A stretch of DNA of 64,000 nucleotides from Paraglomus brasilianum (Eukaryota), in NCBI GenBank assembly GCA_910592345.1, contig CAJVPI010000051.1, positions 1 through 64,000 of the forward strand. Direction: 5' to 3'. The notes under the pieces were generated by a model. That model saw nothing but the letters and a program-made list of their open reading frames with translations. It was not told the DNA's origin and searched no databases. Every line of letters begins with the position of its first letter. Positions within the stretch are counted from its first letter, which is position 1. Shown here piece by piece: positions 39,979 to 53,938 of this stretch. A program made the position numbers and the translations under genes.

Positions 39979-42900
39979 TGTTTGTTGCGTCTGAATCTTT
40001 GAAGTGATAAGGTGAGTAAAGGCACGAATATTAAAAATTATTCCTAGTGTGGAGGAGCGGCTGGATACAAAACAGGTGTTTGTATAGCTCTCTTTTTTTA
40101 TTCGTTTTATATAACAAAAAATTGTAAATTACAGAGATTTCAAAGTAATTATTATAACTACATAGGGAGCCAGCCCAACCGAATGTTTAAGCAGGGATAG
40201 CGAAAGCAGAAAAAGAAGAAGAAGTGTTGGTTTTTGTTTTTTTTGGACAAAGATGGGCACCTTTTATAAATTGGCTCGTGTTACAATGGAGACTATTAGG
40301 GTACGGAGGGTACGTCAATATTGTATAACATATCGCTTAGTGCCGTCTTATTAAATGACGTTACGCTGAACTTAAAATACTTTGCTTTGTATAAAATTAA
40401 CAAGTGATGAATTGATATTGTGCTTTTTGCAGGTGTTCAATTGCAATTTTAGTCACTTATTAATAACACTACTAAAGTTTCTATCGGACACGTGCCGGTA
40501 TAACAACGGAAATTTAGATGAGCCATCTTATGTATTGTGTCTTCTATGACAGAGGCCAATCTTATTGTACTTTCCAAATCGTAATTGAAACCCAACTATG
40601 ATTTAAATGGGTAACAATATTTTCTAAGTAAATCATGTCTTTTAATGCAATCCTAAAAGAGAGAGCCGTAACATCGACCGACAATGAGAGATTGACTATT
40701 CTTGGGGTGCCACCAAGACCGAAGTTGTTCTAGAGAATGTGTGTGTAACTTCGAGTGCATAATAAATAAATAGTAGGATACCAATCGCTGACGATTTTTA
40801 CTAAAAGTTTATAGACAATATAATAGATGTGATCTCTGCTGCAACAAATTAAATCTCATAGCTACGCTTCTCCTGAATATCAACAAGAAAACCAACGCAG
40901 AGATGATTTTTCCGATTTGCCAAGAACTTTAAATTATACTAATATTAGAATTGGAAATCTCCAAATGATCACTCTGCTGCCCTTTGCTTGAACCACACAA
41001 GCTCCCATGATCAGCGAAAAACCGGCAATTCTAGTAACCCGCGTTAAACTACCAGTGTCCCCCTATGGTTTGTGTCGGCACCGCCGAAGTCGACGGGCTG
41101 AAATTTTCTCTTTATCTTATCCACTATCCTATAATTTACTTGATTGATACTATCCCCATATTAATTGCCAAGAAACGAATTCTGGAAATTGATATATCGG
41201 CGCTTTCATTGCGGGAGAAAATTTTCCCCTCTGCTATATGATAAAGAGTGTTGGAGACGACGCCCAATTGATTATCAACGAACTATGTGCGTTTATTAAT
41301 TGGAATATTGACTAAAAATCCAAGTCAAAGGCATACCCGAAAAATTACAGTATAGTAAAATACATATATTATAATACATTATATTAAACATAAATTTCAC
41401 GCTCGCTTTGCGTTGTTTCATATTCTATTTCGTGTAATCTGGGTCATATATCATCGCGTCGTTCAACAAGTAGTTATGTAATGTATTGGTTTTGAGAAGT
41501 CATTAGCGATAGTGTCACAGACCCTGTCAAGCTTCTGGCCCACGACATAACTGAAGTTATGCTGGCTGTTTATTGATCCATCGTCCAGATGCAAACAATG
41601 TTATAGAGTTTATTGTCTACCCCTTATTTTGAAGTTATTCTTTTGTTTCTTTATTAACTAATTGTTGCCTGCATTGCGTCTAATAAACGTTCCATGTCTA
41701 TTAACGCAGATCAAACTGCCATAACGTAATCTTTTTTACATCACAGTGGCGCGAGAGTTACATATTGCTTTGACCAATACCATTTCCCTTCTCTTCATGC
41801 GCACTTTTTTGCCAAGAACAAACATGTCTATCACCTGGTAAAGGTGTGATACGTTGCACTGTAATGTCGGAGAAATTAACCATAACTGGCTTTTCCAGCA
41901 CATACCCTTAGCGTTTACGCAATATAATCCATCCATTACAAATATATATATTGTCGTGCTACGTTCCATCATCGGCAATACGTCACATCGGGGAATGCGG
42001 AAACTCGGGCCGGGCGAGCAAGAAAGCAGAAGCGAAAATAGCCAGGATAAAAATAAAAATTAAAAAAAAAAAAAAGATTAGATCCTGCTTGTTTGTTTCT
42101 TTACGAATCTCCAAACGTCAGGCTTACAACAACAAACAGATTAAAAACCTAATATAAACAAATGGAGGATATCATCCGATATACGATACCAATTACTATT
42201 AATGTATCCAATCTAGGTTTTACAATCATAACTATAACTGCTCTGCATATCTATCATTTAGCATTGTTTTGTACAAACAATAATTCTATTCCAACGTATG
42301 CGGGATATCATGTTTATTGCGGTTGGTGCTTATCGAGAAATTTTAGTAGATATATTTTTAGCAGATTCACGCTAGACAAAAATAGAACCAACCAACGAAG
42401 TCAACCATTGTGCATCAAAGTCTTTGTCTAAAAGTAAAGCGTACAACTCATTGACTCATCGCCACAGCATGTTCTGACAGCTTCGCCATATTCCGCTTAT
42501 CTAGAAAGGACGGTGATAGAGCATGACTCGTTACAACAGTAGAACATAACCACCATGCGCAGGTACAGCCACCTTTTTTGTATGCACGTCGTACGAGCAA
42601 GGGAGAATATAGATCGTCGATCTGCAAAAAAGAATAGCAGAGTAGAAGAAATGTGCTTGGTTTGTGCTTTTTTTCTCTCAGTGTAATAACTTTAATTGCA
42701 AAAGATATTAGGATTTTCAGTGTGGCAACATTTCTCCTGTCCAACCACGGATTTCCCACGTTATGCCCTCGAATATGCGTTGTTTATGTCATCACGCTGA
42801 TTTGATCACCGTGCAACGTGCAGACAAAGAACAATTAATTTGGTGATAATTTGTAATCGCCTAATTGTTGAAATGCATAGACCCGCTTGGAAATAGACAG

Positions 42901-45900
42901 AATGGATAGGGCTTTGACGTTACATATAATGAACTAAAAATAACCCTGAATGTTGATAGTACATTAGAATGCAAACAAAACAACAAAATTTATGATACGG
43001 TGTTGTAGTTGTATGAGCCACATTCAATTTTGGCATGTCAATGAAAAAGCATTACATAATGCTGTAACACCCATTAATAGCATGGGATCGCACGATGGAT
43101 GCGGATCAATCAGTTGCACCAAATTCTACTTTGGATAATCTATACTATCACGTGGCAATTGATATGATAGTCAACAAGAGAGATTAGATTGCGGAAGATT
43201 AGAGGACGATATTCTTGGAAACCACGTAAACAGCCCTAGTTCAAAGGTCATATGAGAACATGATTAGTCAGTACAATATATATGATAACAATGACGGTAT
43301 CAGCGATTAAATTCATTGAAGTAACACACTTATCTAATCTAATTAATCAACCGTTTGACATGTTTCATATCGTAGAGCGATAACTGTCATGACAGTCAAT
43401 GGAGTATCCGTTCTTAATGATACTCAATCCTAACGATATATCCCCCCCCAATATTATTTTCTCTACAACTCTTCACACGTGACCTCAATTATATAATACT
43501 TATCTAACCATTCATTAATGCAAAGGTCAACCAATCAAACGTGCATTAGACATGATAATAATTTATCCATTATCCGGAAAATCTGTTGATCCGCCCCTGG
43601 AATAAGCAAATAACGTGGCTATCGTTTCATAACAAAAAAACCGTTAAAGCGTTTCGTTAAGGAAAAAAACAACAAGTAACTGTACGGTTAAGTGACTAAT
43701 ACCCTGTTTCAAGGATACTGGTTTCAAGGGTTTTTGACTTCATAAGTATGGATAAAATAATAAAGACAATTCTAGTGAATATCGGTCCACACCCCCCCCA
43801 ATCCTAAATTACATTGCATACGTTAATAGGTTACGTATCCCCGGTGAACTTGCATGTCTTACTTGTACACATTCACGTAATATTCGGTAAAAAGTAATGA
43901 ATAAATTAGAATTTGTTACATGCCGTCATTGATGCTTGCATGCTGGATGTAATTATTACTTTGCTCGTTAACTGCAGTATGACGTTTTTGACATGCAACA
44001 ACATATATTTTTTTAATAAACCCAATACAGTCTCGTAGCATTTACTTATCAAGTTGGAATGTTTAAAATTTTACGTTTGCACGCAAGATAATTTGCGTCA
44101 TTACCGTCAGATTTTGCTACATCTTTAACCCTCACCTGTCATAGATGACTGTGACGTAATACAGTTATAAGCACTATTATGTAATGAGGAGCATTGCATT
44201 CTTTTGCATCGTTTGATGTTCGCGTTCTTTATTAGACGTACAATAAAAGCTAAACTTGATTCTGTCGTCTAACGAATTAATTCTTCATTAGTTTGAGACT
44301 AACATACTATTGGACACGAGTGCATAAACATGGAAAAATGACAACATATGCAAGGATATGCAACTTGTCATTAGGTGAGGTGATTACTTCTCGTAACGCT
44401 TGCTAGTCAATATATGTATTCTACAATTACGAATGAATCGTGGTTAACTTGATTCGTACGTCAAGTCTCTGTTTTTTATTGAAAGATAAAAATGGTTTCA
44501 TAAATACAACTATTTTTGTTAGTTGAAACAATCGAGAGAATAGCCTTTGTTATTACAAATAGATTATTAAATACTCTGTGGCTTATTTATGTGCAGATTA
44601 TTGTTTATTATAAATTTATAAATAAACCTAACAATTAACATAATAATAACAATAAACGCAAACCTGCCACTATGAATGGTATTCGTATTGTTATGGACAT
44701 TTCGTATTACGATATGTCCTTCTATTTCGCATTCTTTATTTAGGAGTAGATTGTTATATTTGTACCAAGATGTAAATAAGAGCCATTGACTTAATTATCT
44801 TTCATTACTGATTTTATTGGATAAATTTAGCTCACGCAATCATGGAGACTTGTAACGTTGAATCAAACAGACGCGAAAACAGAATTTTGGAAGACAAATG
44901 TGATAACTAGAATAACAATACTAACATTTTTTTTGTTTTTATTGGTTTATATACCACTATTTTATCGATATATGTTCTTTTCGTTATATAATATTATTGC
45001 AGTCCAAGTATGTTATGCCCGAGTCACTTAGCATATACTCACGTAAGACATAGATAGACAAGACAATCCCTATTGAACCTTATTGATAATAGACGCAGTT
45101 GTTAAGAACAAGAGAAGGTGAACCCGACTCACATTGGTACTGGCATATCTTATAAGAGTTTCGTACCAGTCATGAGTTTAGCAAATGGATGATCAATCGA
45201 CAGGATTATGCATAAGTGATAAACTACAAGTTTTCTCATATACCGCATTAAAACATTAGACAAAAACAAGCATTCAGCAAAATGCTGACTAATGGTTACA
45301 TTACCATGGATAATAGAATACCACCGTCGTCTTAATTAAAATAACTGAGCGATGGACACAAAGTTTCAAGGAAGGTTAGCTGAGTAAAGCTATACAAATA
45401 CGATTTCTTGATTTAGACATTAACACAATTGAGTAACGTCAAAATCAAAAGTAAGCAACATTATTAGCCATTGCCGAATAACACAAGATGCAGTAATATT
45501 ACACAGGATAAGGTTCTCACGCTAATCATTGTGCATGAATAGCAATCAGACCATAAGCGATCGAAGACATATGAGTGGATGGAGAGTTGAACACAAATTG
45601 ATTAAGTAAAGTCGATTAATTGGCCGTGTCTCTGAGCGGTGAGTACCGGCATTATATCGGCCGAAACCCGTGGTGGTTACATAAGGGGCTTTTAAATTAG
45701 AACTTGCAGAATGATTCAAATGTGAAAAATTTTAAACATGAAACTTTGCAACAGTTGAAACAAGAAAGTGGTCAAGTATTGGTGCACTTTAAAACCAACA
45801 ATGCTATTGTATGCAAGTTTTGAAATATGCTCATTTAATCTTGGGGGCAATTATCAGTCAAATTAAACACAAGATGTCTTGTTGACTTTACAATGTCCAG

Positions 45901-48900
45901 TCTCAAAAGTAATGCGCCAACGTTTGCTGCCTACGATAAACGCGCACAACACTGGAGGCATGCTATAACAAAAGTTAACGTTAAATTGTCTAGTTATTTT
46001 TGCTCATATTAAGTTAAACCAAAAGCTAGTATTATTTTTTGTTAATATCTGTTAAATATCAAGGCTAATTTACGAGTCGAACAAAATTTATTTCAAGAAC
46101 GCCAAAATTAAGATAAACTTTGAAACACAAATCGAAGTGTCTTTGTTATAAGCAAGTACTTTTTTAACCGCCAGATCACATTCTGAAAAAGAATTACGGC
46201 ATTTACAGATTTTATAAGTATTGTTCTTATTCTTTACTCTGGCGCAAATGTAAATATTTGTTTTTGCTAACAATATTATAATCAATATTATTACATTGCT
46301 CATTAAAATTTTTTACGCTTTATTCTTATTAACCTATTATTAATTCAGAAAATTTTTTTGTTTAATAAAAACTTGGATCCAATTAATACTGGTAAATTTA
46401 TTTGCTCAACTTTTTTTTTGCAATTAGAGATTGTATTCGATGATGCAACCACATTGTAAAGTAGGCAGCAGAGGTTATGCAAAGACTAAAATTACTTGCA
46501 AGACAGACATTCTTTGTAAAGCGTCACCATTAATTGTTATATAGTTTTTGCATTTAACGGATACTATTTTTATTGTAGTTTGGTGTGGTATTTCGTAACG
46601 CAAATCTTTATAACAATGTACTAGACTCTCAACTTTTTGCGCACCAAAAACAGTTGCCAAAAAATTAACAAGGCATTTAATCCATTTTACCACAGAAATT
46701 GTTGAAGCAAGAAACAAATGTTGAGAAGGATAGAAATGCAATAGAAGCGAGAGATAAAATCCAACGCGTTTTATGCGGTAAAAATGAGTGGCAAATATAT
46801 ACAACTTAATTTTAAAATCACGGTATTACTTTATACACATACTTGAGTGACTTCAGAAAAATGTAATACTTTTGCAAATAGAAATTTTTTACTGTATAGA
46901 ATTAATCCAGCATATTATTTAACACCCAGTATTTAGCAAGTGTCATCTTAATGAAAACGTATTAATTTTCAAGCTTGGCTTCGTGCAGTATTAAGTTGTA
47001 CAGGAGAGGGCATTATAGCATATCTGACCTGAAAGCTTTCATATGGAGAGAGAGAAATTATAAACTTAAAATATCACTTATCACAAATGATCGAATATTT
47101 ACAAGGTTTACAAATATTTCTTTATCAAGGCTTAAGACATACACTCACCGGCAGGCCGAATCGACACTTCTTGCCGGTGAGTGCATAAAGTTTAACATGC
47201 CTTTGTTCTCAATAATATTTCCAAGAATAGTCTTGGTGAAGTTTGTGTCAATAATAGTATGTGGTTAAAAAGATAAACATAATGTTGGTGGTTAGCGAGG
47301 GGTTTTCTTGCTGCCAATTTTGCTACGTGATCCACGGGTTACTTAGTATTATGCCAGTCTCTCGTGCTCCTATTATACGATATCAACTGTGTATAGATAA
47401 GCATTCCCAATCTTCAGGAAGACAAGAATATTATTACGTTACCTGTGCGATTGTGAGTAAACATGCTTTGCGTTAACGTTGCCTCGTATTCCGTTACTCT
47501 ATACTCAGAGTAGTTGACCCTCTGCTAGCATTGAATATCTCTCTATTCGATAACAAAATCTAGAGGACCATACTTAACTATAAACTATTGGACTCATAAT
47601 CTGAATGCGAGATAGTATGGTAACTGACGCCATCCCAAACAACTCCGTCGGTCCAGATAGTAATATCACATTCGTTAACCCTGAACACCGCTGAACCAAT
47701 AGTTTTCCAATACGACAAAGCTTCACATTTGTAAAAAATTATAAGCAATTATTACTATTATTTATTTTCAAACTTTTTATTACTAAGTAGGTTTAGAATT
47801 AATTTTATTTATATTATACTGGTGCACAAATCATCACTGGTCATTTTCATTGCCAATTATTCTTTCACTTTCAAAATCTGGGGCATACTTTTTTGATCTC
47901 CAAATATACAGAAGGACAGCAGTCTCTCGAATATCAATTGAATATCATCGACAATCACGCGATTACCATTAAATTAATGAAGCCATATCATTATGAACGC
48001 AATTGCGGACTAGCTTATCAATTGCTCTTCCTTATCTAACGTTGTAAATGTTCCATTTTTGACGACATATAACTATCTATTTAGTTATTTGTTTGTCGTA
48101 AACAGCTTAGTAATAACATATTTGGTGCTCTGATTATAATATTATTTACGTTGTTAATGTAAACTGCGGGGGTTACAAATAACCAATTTATCCACGCAAA
48201 TTTACATGGGTATAATAGTGGGTGAAAAAAGAAAAGAAACGTTTAAAACTTTAAACAAAATTGACTAAACAAAACTGCCGTGTATCAAAGGTTTAGAAGA
48301 GCACAGTTTAAAGTCAGATTAATAAAATGGTCGCAATTCAAATTATTAGTAGAGTTTTTGTATAATATTTGGAAACAGGTGGCCTGGGTAACTTAATGGA
48401 AGGACCCTTAATATTATACGACTTAATCATCTTCGTATGTTGATTGCACAATCAGGTTTGGAGAGAATCAACAATTAAAAAACAGATAGCTATTAGACGA
48501 ATGGAAGATATGTGATACGTTAACAGCTAAATAACACGGAGCCCAAATGCTATATACTGGTGCAGGTATAGTGAAGATAAATGTGAAAACCACATCTACA
48601 GATTGAATGTAATCTCCGTAGAAGTAATTCGACGACGTGGTACGAGCAGAATAACGGTTAATTTGTAAGTAAATATTAATATATTGGTTCTACCGATTAT
48701 GAAATGCAACACATTCTTGAAAGAAAAGTTTAATAATAGTGGATATTATTTAATAACTTCTGGGAAAACGTTTTGCCAATTCTATGAGATTTTCTAATCT
48801 CGACAAAAACCATTTTTAATAAAAATGGCGTGCATGATAGGAAAATCTGATGAGAAAACTCATATGATAACAACCCTATTGAGCTAAAGCTATAATGATT

Positions 48901-51344
48901 TGATTAAAACATATTTGAACATAAAATATCTAGCCAATAACGGTCTTATGGTGGAGAATGATGTTCGAGGAATTTTGAAGGAACAGCATATTTAAAACGT
49001 GATACAGATATGTAAATTAACACGTCAGATTCAATTGCAAATAATCCTCCTCCGGATATCTACTAACGTTAGTTAATATAACTTGTAACAATGGTGCGAT
49101 GAAGCACATAAGGGCCGTAATTACGAATTATAGAAGCGAGGAATAAAAACGTGAGAACATAAAGTAGGATGGCTAACTACAGAAAAATGTTGGAAATTCA
49201 GTTGAGATGGGTATTCCAAAATAAATTATAATTGTCTTTCTCTCACGTAATGGCGCACACTCTCTCACAACCACTTCTATTGCTAGTTCACGCTAAACCA
49301 GTTTACGGATATCTATAATTGAACAGTAAATCCTAAGAATGTGTACCTTTCACTAATTCATATTGACTTTTCGTTTCCTCTCTCCTGGCTTCGAAGAAAC
49401 TTTCCAAAGTGTCCACACGTACGACATCGTGTCTTCCGGCAAATGGCTATCAATATCCGATATTTAATTTAATTGTAAACAATAGATCGATATCAATAAT
49501 TTAGCCAAATAAGCATAAGATCTACATTATACAAACATTTAATAAACAATCGCCATATGACCAATAAACAAAAAACCACTGCCTTAGTATATAATTAATA
49601 ATACTTCCCATACAAGTAATTTCGTACCAATAACTATGGTAACATTAAACAATAATAGCGCAAGAGAACCATTAAAGAAAAAGCGTCTAAACAAAGACGG
49701 TTTTCATTCTGGCATAGAAAGAACAGAGATTTTGAAAAAGCATAATATCAGTTCATTTTGGATTATTTTCGCGTATCTAATACGCAATGCCACAGTCAAA
49801 TATTAAGTTTATCAAACATAATGCATTTAACACATACACAAAATAATTTATTATATTATTAAACGTTACAAGAGGACCTTCATAAACTTAGGAAGACGTT
49901 TCGATACTTAAGTAAATTGAGCCAAAACTTAGATAGCGATTTATATAATAATATAAATTAACTAACCTACGCTTAAGAATAGTACAATCATAATTGCTAT
50001 TTTTTTCGTTCTTTTATTTTCATTCATTTCGCAGTAGTTTAATATGCAAATCTCGACGTCAACCAACCATAGTCTAACAAGTCTGCATAAACAGGTGGGG
50101 AGAGCGACATTTAATTAGACACTGTGGTGATTATCAACTTATAAACGCAGTGACTGTATGATCGAAATTATTAATAGAGTTGGTTTCTAATGATAGTAAA
50201 GCAATTAAACAAGTAATTACTATCGGTGCGAAAAAAGACTAAATTTGAGAGCAGGTGGATCCGTTGCTCACGTCATGTATGACGGATTTGGATATCTCTC
50301 AATATATGAAAGTAGAAGCCAGAAGACAAATAATTGCAGAAATTTGTTTACTGTTTATTCCTAGTGCCCTTTTTGAGGATATTAATAAAACGCTCAACCT
50401 CTTTACCAGGCATACATAACTTGAGTTACGGCTTCGTAGCTAACATAGATAGCCCTTGCCAGAAGCGCTGATTAATTTAGAGAATTAATTCCCGTACCCA
50501 CAACGATTATTTGTCGCCCATACAGACGTTGAATGCTCATAACACTCCATCCATACGATGAGCTACGTGACTACCTATTCCTTATGAAGAGATAAGCAGT
50601 TTAATCTAGCATGATTATGTGGTTCACTTTCTTCATTAAAGTCTGGTAATATACGCAAGAATATTATCCGAATATGAAAAATCGAATACGAAAAGCCGTG
50701 CGTTTCTTGAGATAAGTTGCGATTGCGGTTGCTCAAAAGTGATTCCGAGAAAGTTTGCCGAATTACGTGAGATTTTTCAAGCTCTCTCCGGACCTGAGAA
50801 ATATAGTTTTGATAGCCCTGCTGAAGCAATGGGTGGTGGAATAATAAGTACCTAAAAAAGAAAATGCGTACTAATAAGAGAACGGTTTACTACTGAGATC
50901 GCAATATTAATATACCTCCCTCTTTATTATTATAGGACTTACCTGACGGCAAATGGTGTAATCACCACGTGTTCATGGTAATATCAAACCAAAATATCCC
51001 TTACGCCATATCTTTCCCTTCTTCACCTCCCACTGCCATCTTCTTTATTCCCCTCTGCATATTACAAGCTTTAGTAGTTTGGAAATAAAATAACCATTGA
51101 CAAAGACGTTGCTCAAACGCCAATGCAAGAACTCAGACAAGAAATACGTAATTCCGTAAGCAAAACGCAAACACAATGGTCAATCTATACAACCAAATAA
51201 TACTTGACTTTAGTGGTATGGTTTTGCTTAAAAATTGGATATGAAAACTGATGATGTTTTTTCCCTATTTCCTTTAGATCTCAAGCATGACTAGCCAACT
51301 CGAGAATTGCGAGCCTTCGTAGACTATTGTTAAGAATGTTTTTC

Positions 51345-51383
<39 letters not shown>

Positions 51384-51419
51384 GATCGAATTACTTCAAA
51401 ATTCTGCCGACCAGAGTTA

Positions 51420-51510
51420 CGCGGTCGCATATGCTATGAAGGGGTTGACGAAGAATATGCAAAAGCGGTTACAGCATACCGAAAAGCCGCCGACCAAGGA
51501 TATTTCGCTC
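51420..51510 (+). pseudogene. Isolated Sel1-repeat fragment downstream of an A31 tract
   Basis: LRGRICYEGVDEEYAKAVTAYRKAADQGY matches the Sel1 consensus; no surrounding gene. Confidence 0.55.
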
Positions 51511-52072
51511 TTTCCAACGATCATTATTGGAAACCAACCATCAGACTGGAATGTGTATCTAAGCAATGAATAGTTTACTGCCTTTATTTTGAAATGTTCT
51601 CAAACCATTTAATACTTGAATGCATTGCTTGATGACATATGTGAAAAACTTTTTGACCTCTCCTCCATCTTGCTCTTAGCTATAGATCTCTCCACCTATC
51701 CTCTTCCTTGGCCTTCTATATCTTGCATCTCTTCTCTCTCCTCACTCCTATAATACCTATACCTCCTCTTCCATTACATCTTCAAAATCTATAGCTACCC
51801 TCTTTTCTACCTTAGTTGTGGGATCTTATAACCCTCCCTCATTATTGCATGTCTGTCTTTAGATAGAGTTAAAATGAGGTTTAACATGTATATGTAGTTC
51901 AGCAATAAAGTTGTACTTATTGAAAAACTTTTTGACACCAGTTTTGAGTTCAAAAGATATTGGATCCTCACATTTGTGCGAAAGCCTAATTTATAATATG
52001 ATTTATTATTATAGAAGCAGAAATTGTCATTTGATTCCCTAAATCAGTTAGTGTTCACATGAAAGTTTGTTA

Positions 52073-52105
<33 letters not shown>

Positions 52106-52364
52106 GTCACAGCATCTTTTGATGAATCACTCCAGAAAATTGAAGCTAAACCACAATTTATACCCATATAACCTCATTCCAACCAATAGCCTACAGATAT
52201 GTTCAGACATGATGGGACTTCACCAGTGACTGTTGAGAGACTGGACAATCATATTCTTAGGATGGCAAGTACACAAGAAATGGATATGTACCAACTCAGA
52301 ATATTTCTAAAAGAATTGAATAATCAGAGACTCTTATTCCTAGAAAATCTTGCTCTAAAAATCT

Positions 52365-53938
52365 TCATTTTATTCCATCCTGAACTACCCACTGCCCTTG
52401 TTGTTTTGTCAAAATTCTCCCCTTAACCATAACCTTTTTCCCTTGGAAAGCAATTCCACATTCTACAAGCTTCTGGATATGTTCTGAGCATGCATTCTGA
52501 CTGATGGTCTTCAATCTGCTTCAATGCATCATCTACCCTTTTTTCAATATTCTCACCACCTTATATTCAAAGATAGCTACACTGGCATTGGGTATTTCTG
52601 ATTTCTTCTCAAGAAGTTTATCATATCATCTGAAGCCTGCAAGATCATTTGATCGAATATTGACTCCTCATTTGGTTGCCTCAGTTAACAGGCCAAGCAC
52701 AAAGCCATGGTAGAAATCTTCTGCTTTCTTGCCTGACTTTGATCCACCAATGTTGAAGATTGACATCTGTTTCATGACCACGTGCACTTTTGCAAACAAT
52801 TTTATGTTGCCTTCCAGAATAGTTTGCACCAATGAGGTGAAGTGGAGAGGCTTAACCAACCTTCCCATTCATTCATCACTTCTTTGTTAGGGACATGCAA
52901 CTCTTTGGGTCCATCTGATTCAGGATCAAGCTTGGTATTGGTTGCTGTGAGATAGCCCATATAGTAGAGCAGGCCAAGCATCATAGATTTCTAGGTCTTC
53001 ATAAGAGAGATCTGGTGCAATAACACCTCAAATCAATTTCCCATCAATTAATTTTTCTGTGTTATCATGGAATTGCTCACTTGAGTACCAAAGCATCTTT
53101 TTGATTGCACTGGTGCTTCCTGTTACATTATTGAAATAGTCATTAGCTACCATATGATTAACTTCACCAAGTTATTAATCAAGACTTACCAGTTTGATGT
53201 AAATTAGTTTCATATTTATATTTTTATATACACTTAAAAATATTGTAATTCAAGTAAAAGTCTATCTTAATCAACCTGAATGTTAATTACATTTGGGCAT
53301 CATATAATAATAACTTAAAACTGTAATTTACATAAATTTGTTTATAGGTTACAGCTGTGATAATCAAAATGTTATTAGCCAAGTTAATTAACTTTCAGCT
53401 GCATCAGTCTCTCATTTATGTCACATAACAGAATGTTCACTTTGTTTGGTTTTGTTGCAGCATGCCCCATATGAATATAGAAAAAAAAAAAACAAAAACA
53501 AAACCTAAAGGACATTTTTTGGCTATTACACAGATAGAAATAAACAATTTCAGACTCAATTAAGCTGCTAATTTGTATATTGATTTTGTCTGGAGTGTGT
53601 CTATGTCTTGTAAATATTCTGATCATGAGTTATAAGCCAGCAGGTATTGAAAATTATTATTATATATATATATAATAGTGCCATTATTATTAAATAAGTA
53701 CTCATATCATCCTAAACATTGGTAACAGTCAAGGGAAGTTTGTCATCAAAATGATTTTCAGAAAAACAACATGATCAGCCAAATCTAAGTTTCCATTGAC
53801 ATAAAAATCGATAAATCCCAGCAGAGTGAATACCTGTCTGGACTGGTTGTTGCACAGCCATTGTTGCAGCCTGGTATCACTCCATTTGCCAGGCTCTTTC
53901 TAACAAGCATTGCCATTGGTAAAGACTGATAGACGCAT
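52365..53938 (-). pseudogene. Decayed AAA-ATPase-like + PD-(D/E)xK nuclease gene with introns and a possible SAM-like N-terminus
   Basis: TGSTSAIKK..EKLIDG, LLYYMGYLT..LHVPNKEV, EDFYHGFVLGLL, SN..G, AIFEYK, DALKQIE, CGIAFQGKKV; multiple stops and frameshifts; GTAAGT intron near 53187. The upstream part (53700-53938) is tentative. Confidence 0.7.

Noticed and set aside
43585..43600. gatccgcccctg, like a hAT terminal inverted repeat
   Set aside because: No partner TIR or TSD found in the window
45625..45690. Hammerhead-ribozyme-like ctga...ggccgaaac
   Set aside because: The CUGANGA core is not intact and stems I/III could not be formed convincingly
50936..50990. acttacctg start resembling U1 snRNA
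   Set aside because: Simply the reverse complement of a 5' splice site; no U1 stem-loops or Sm site
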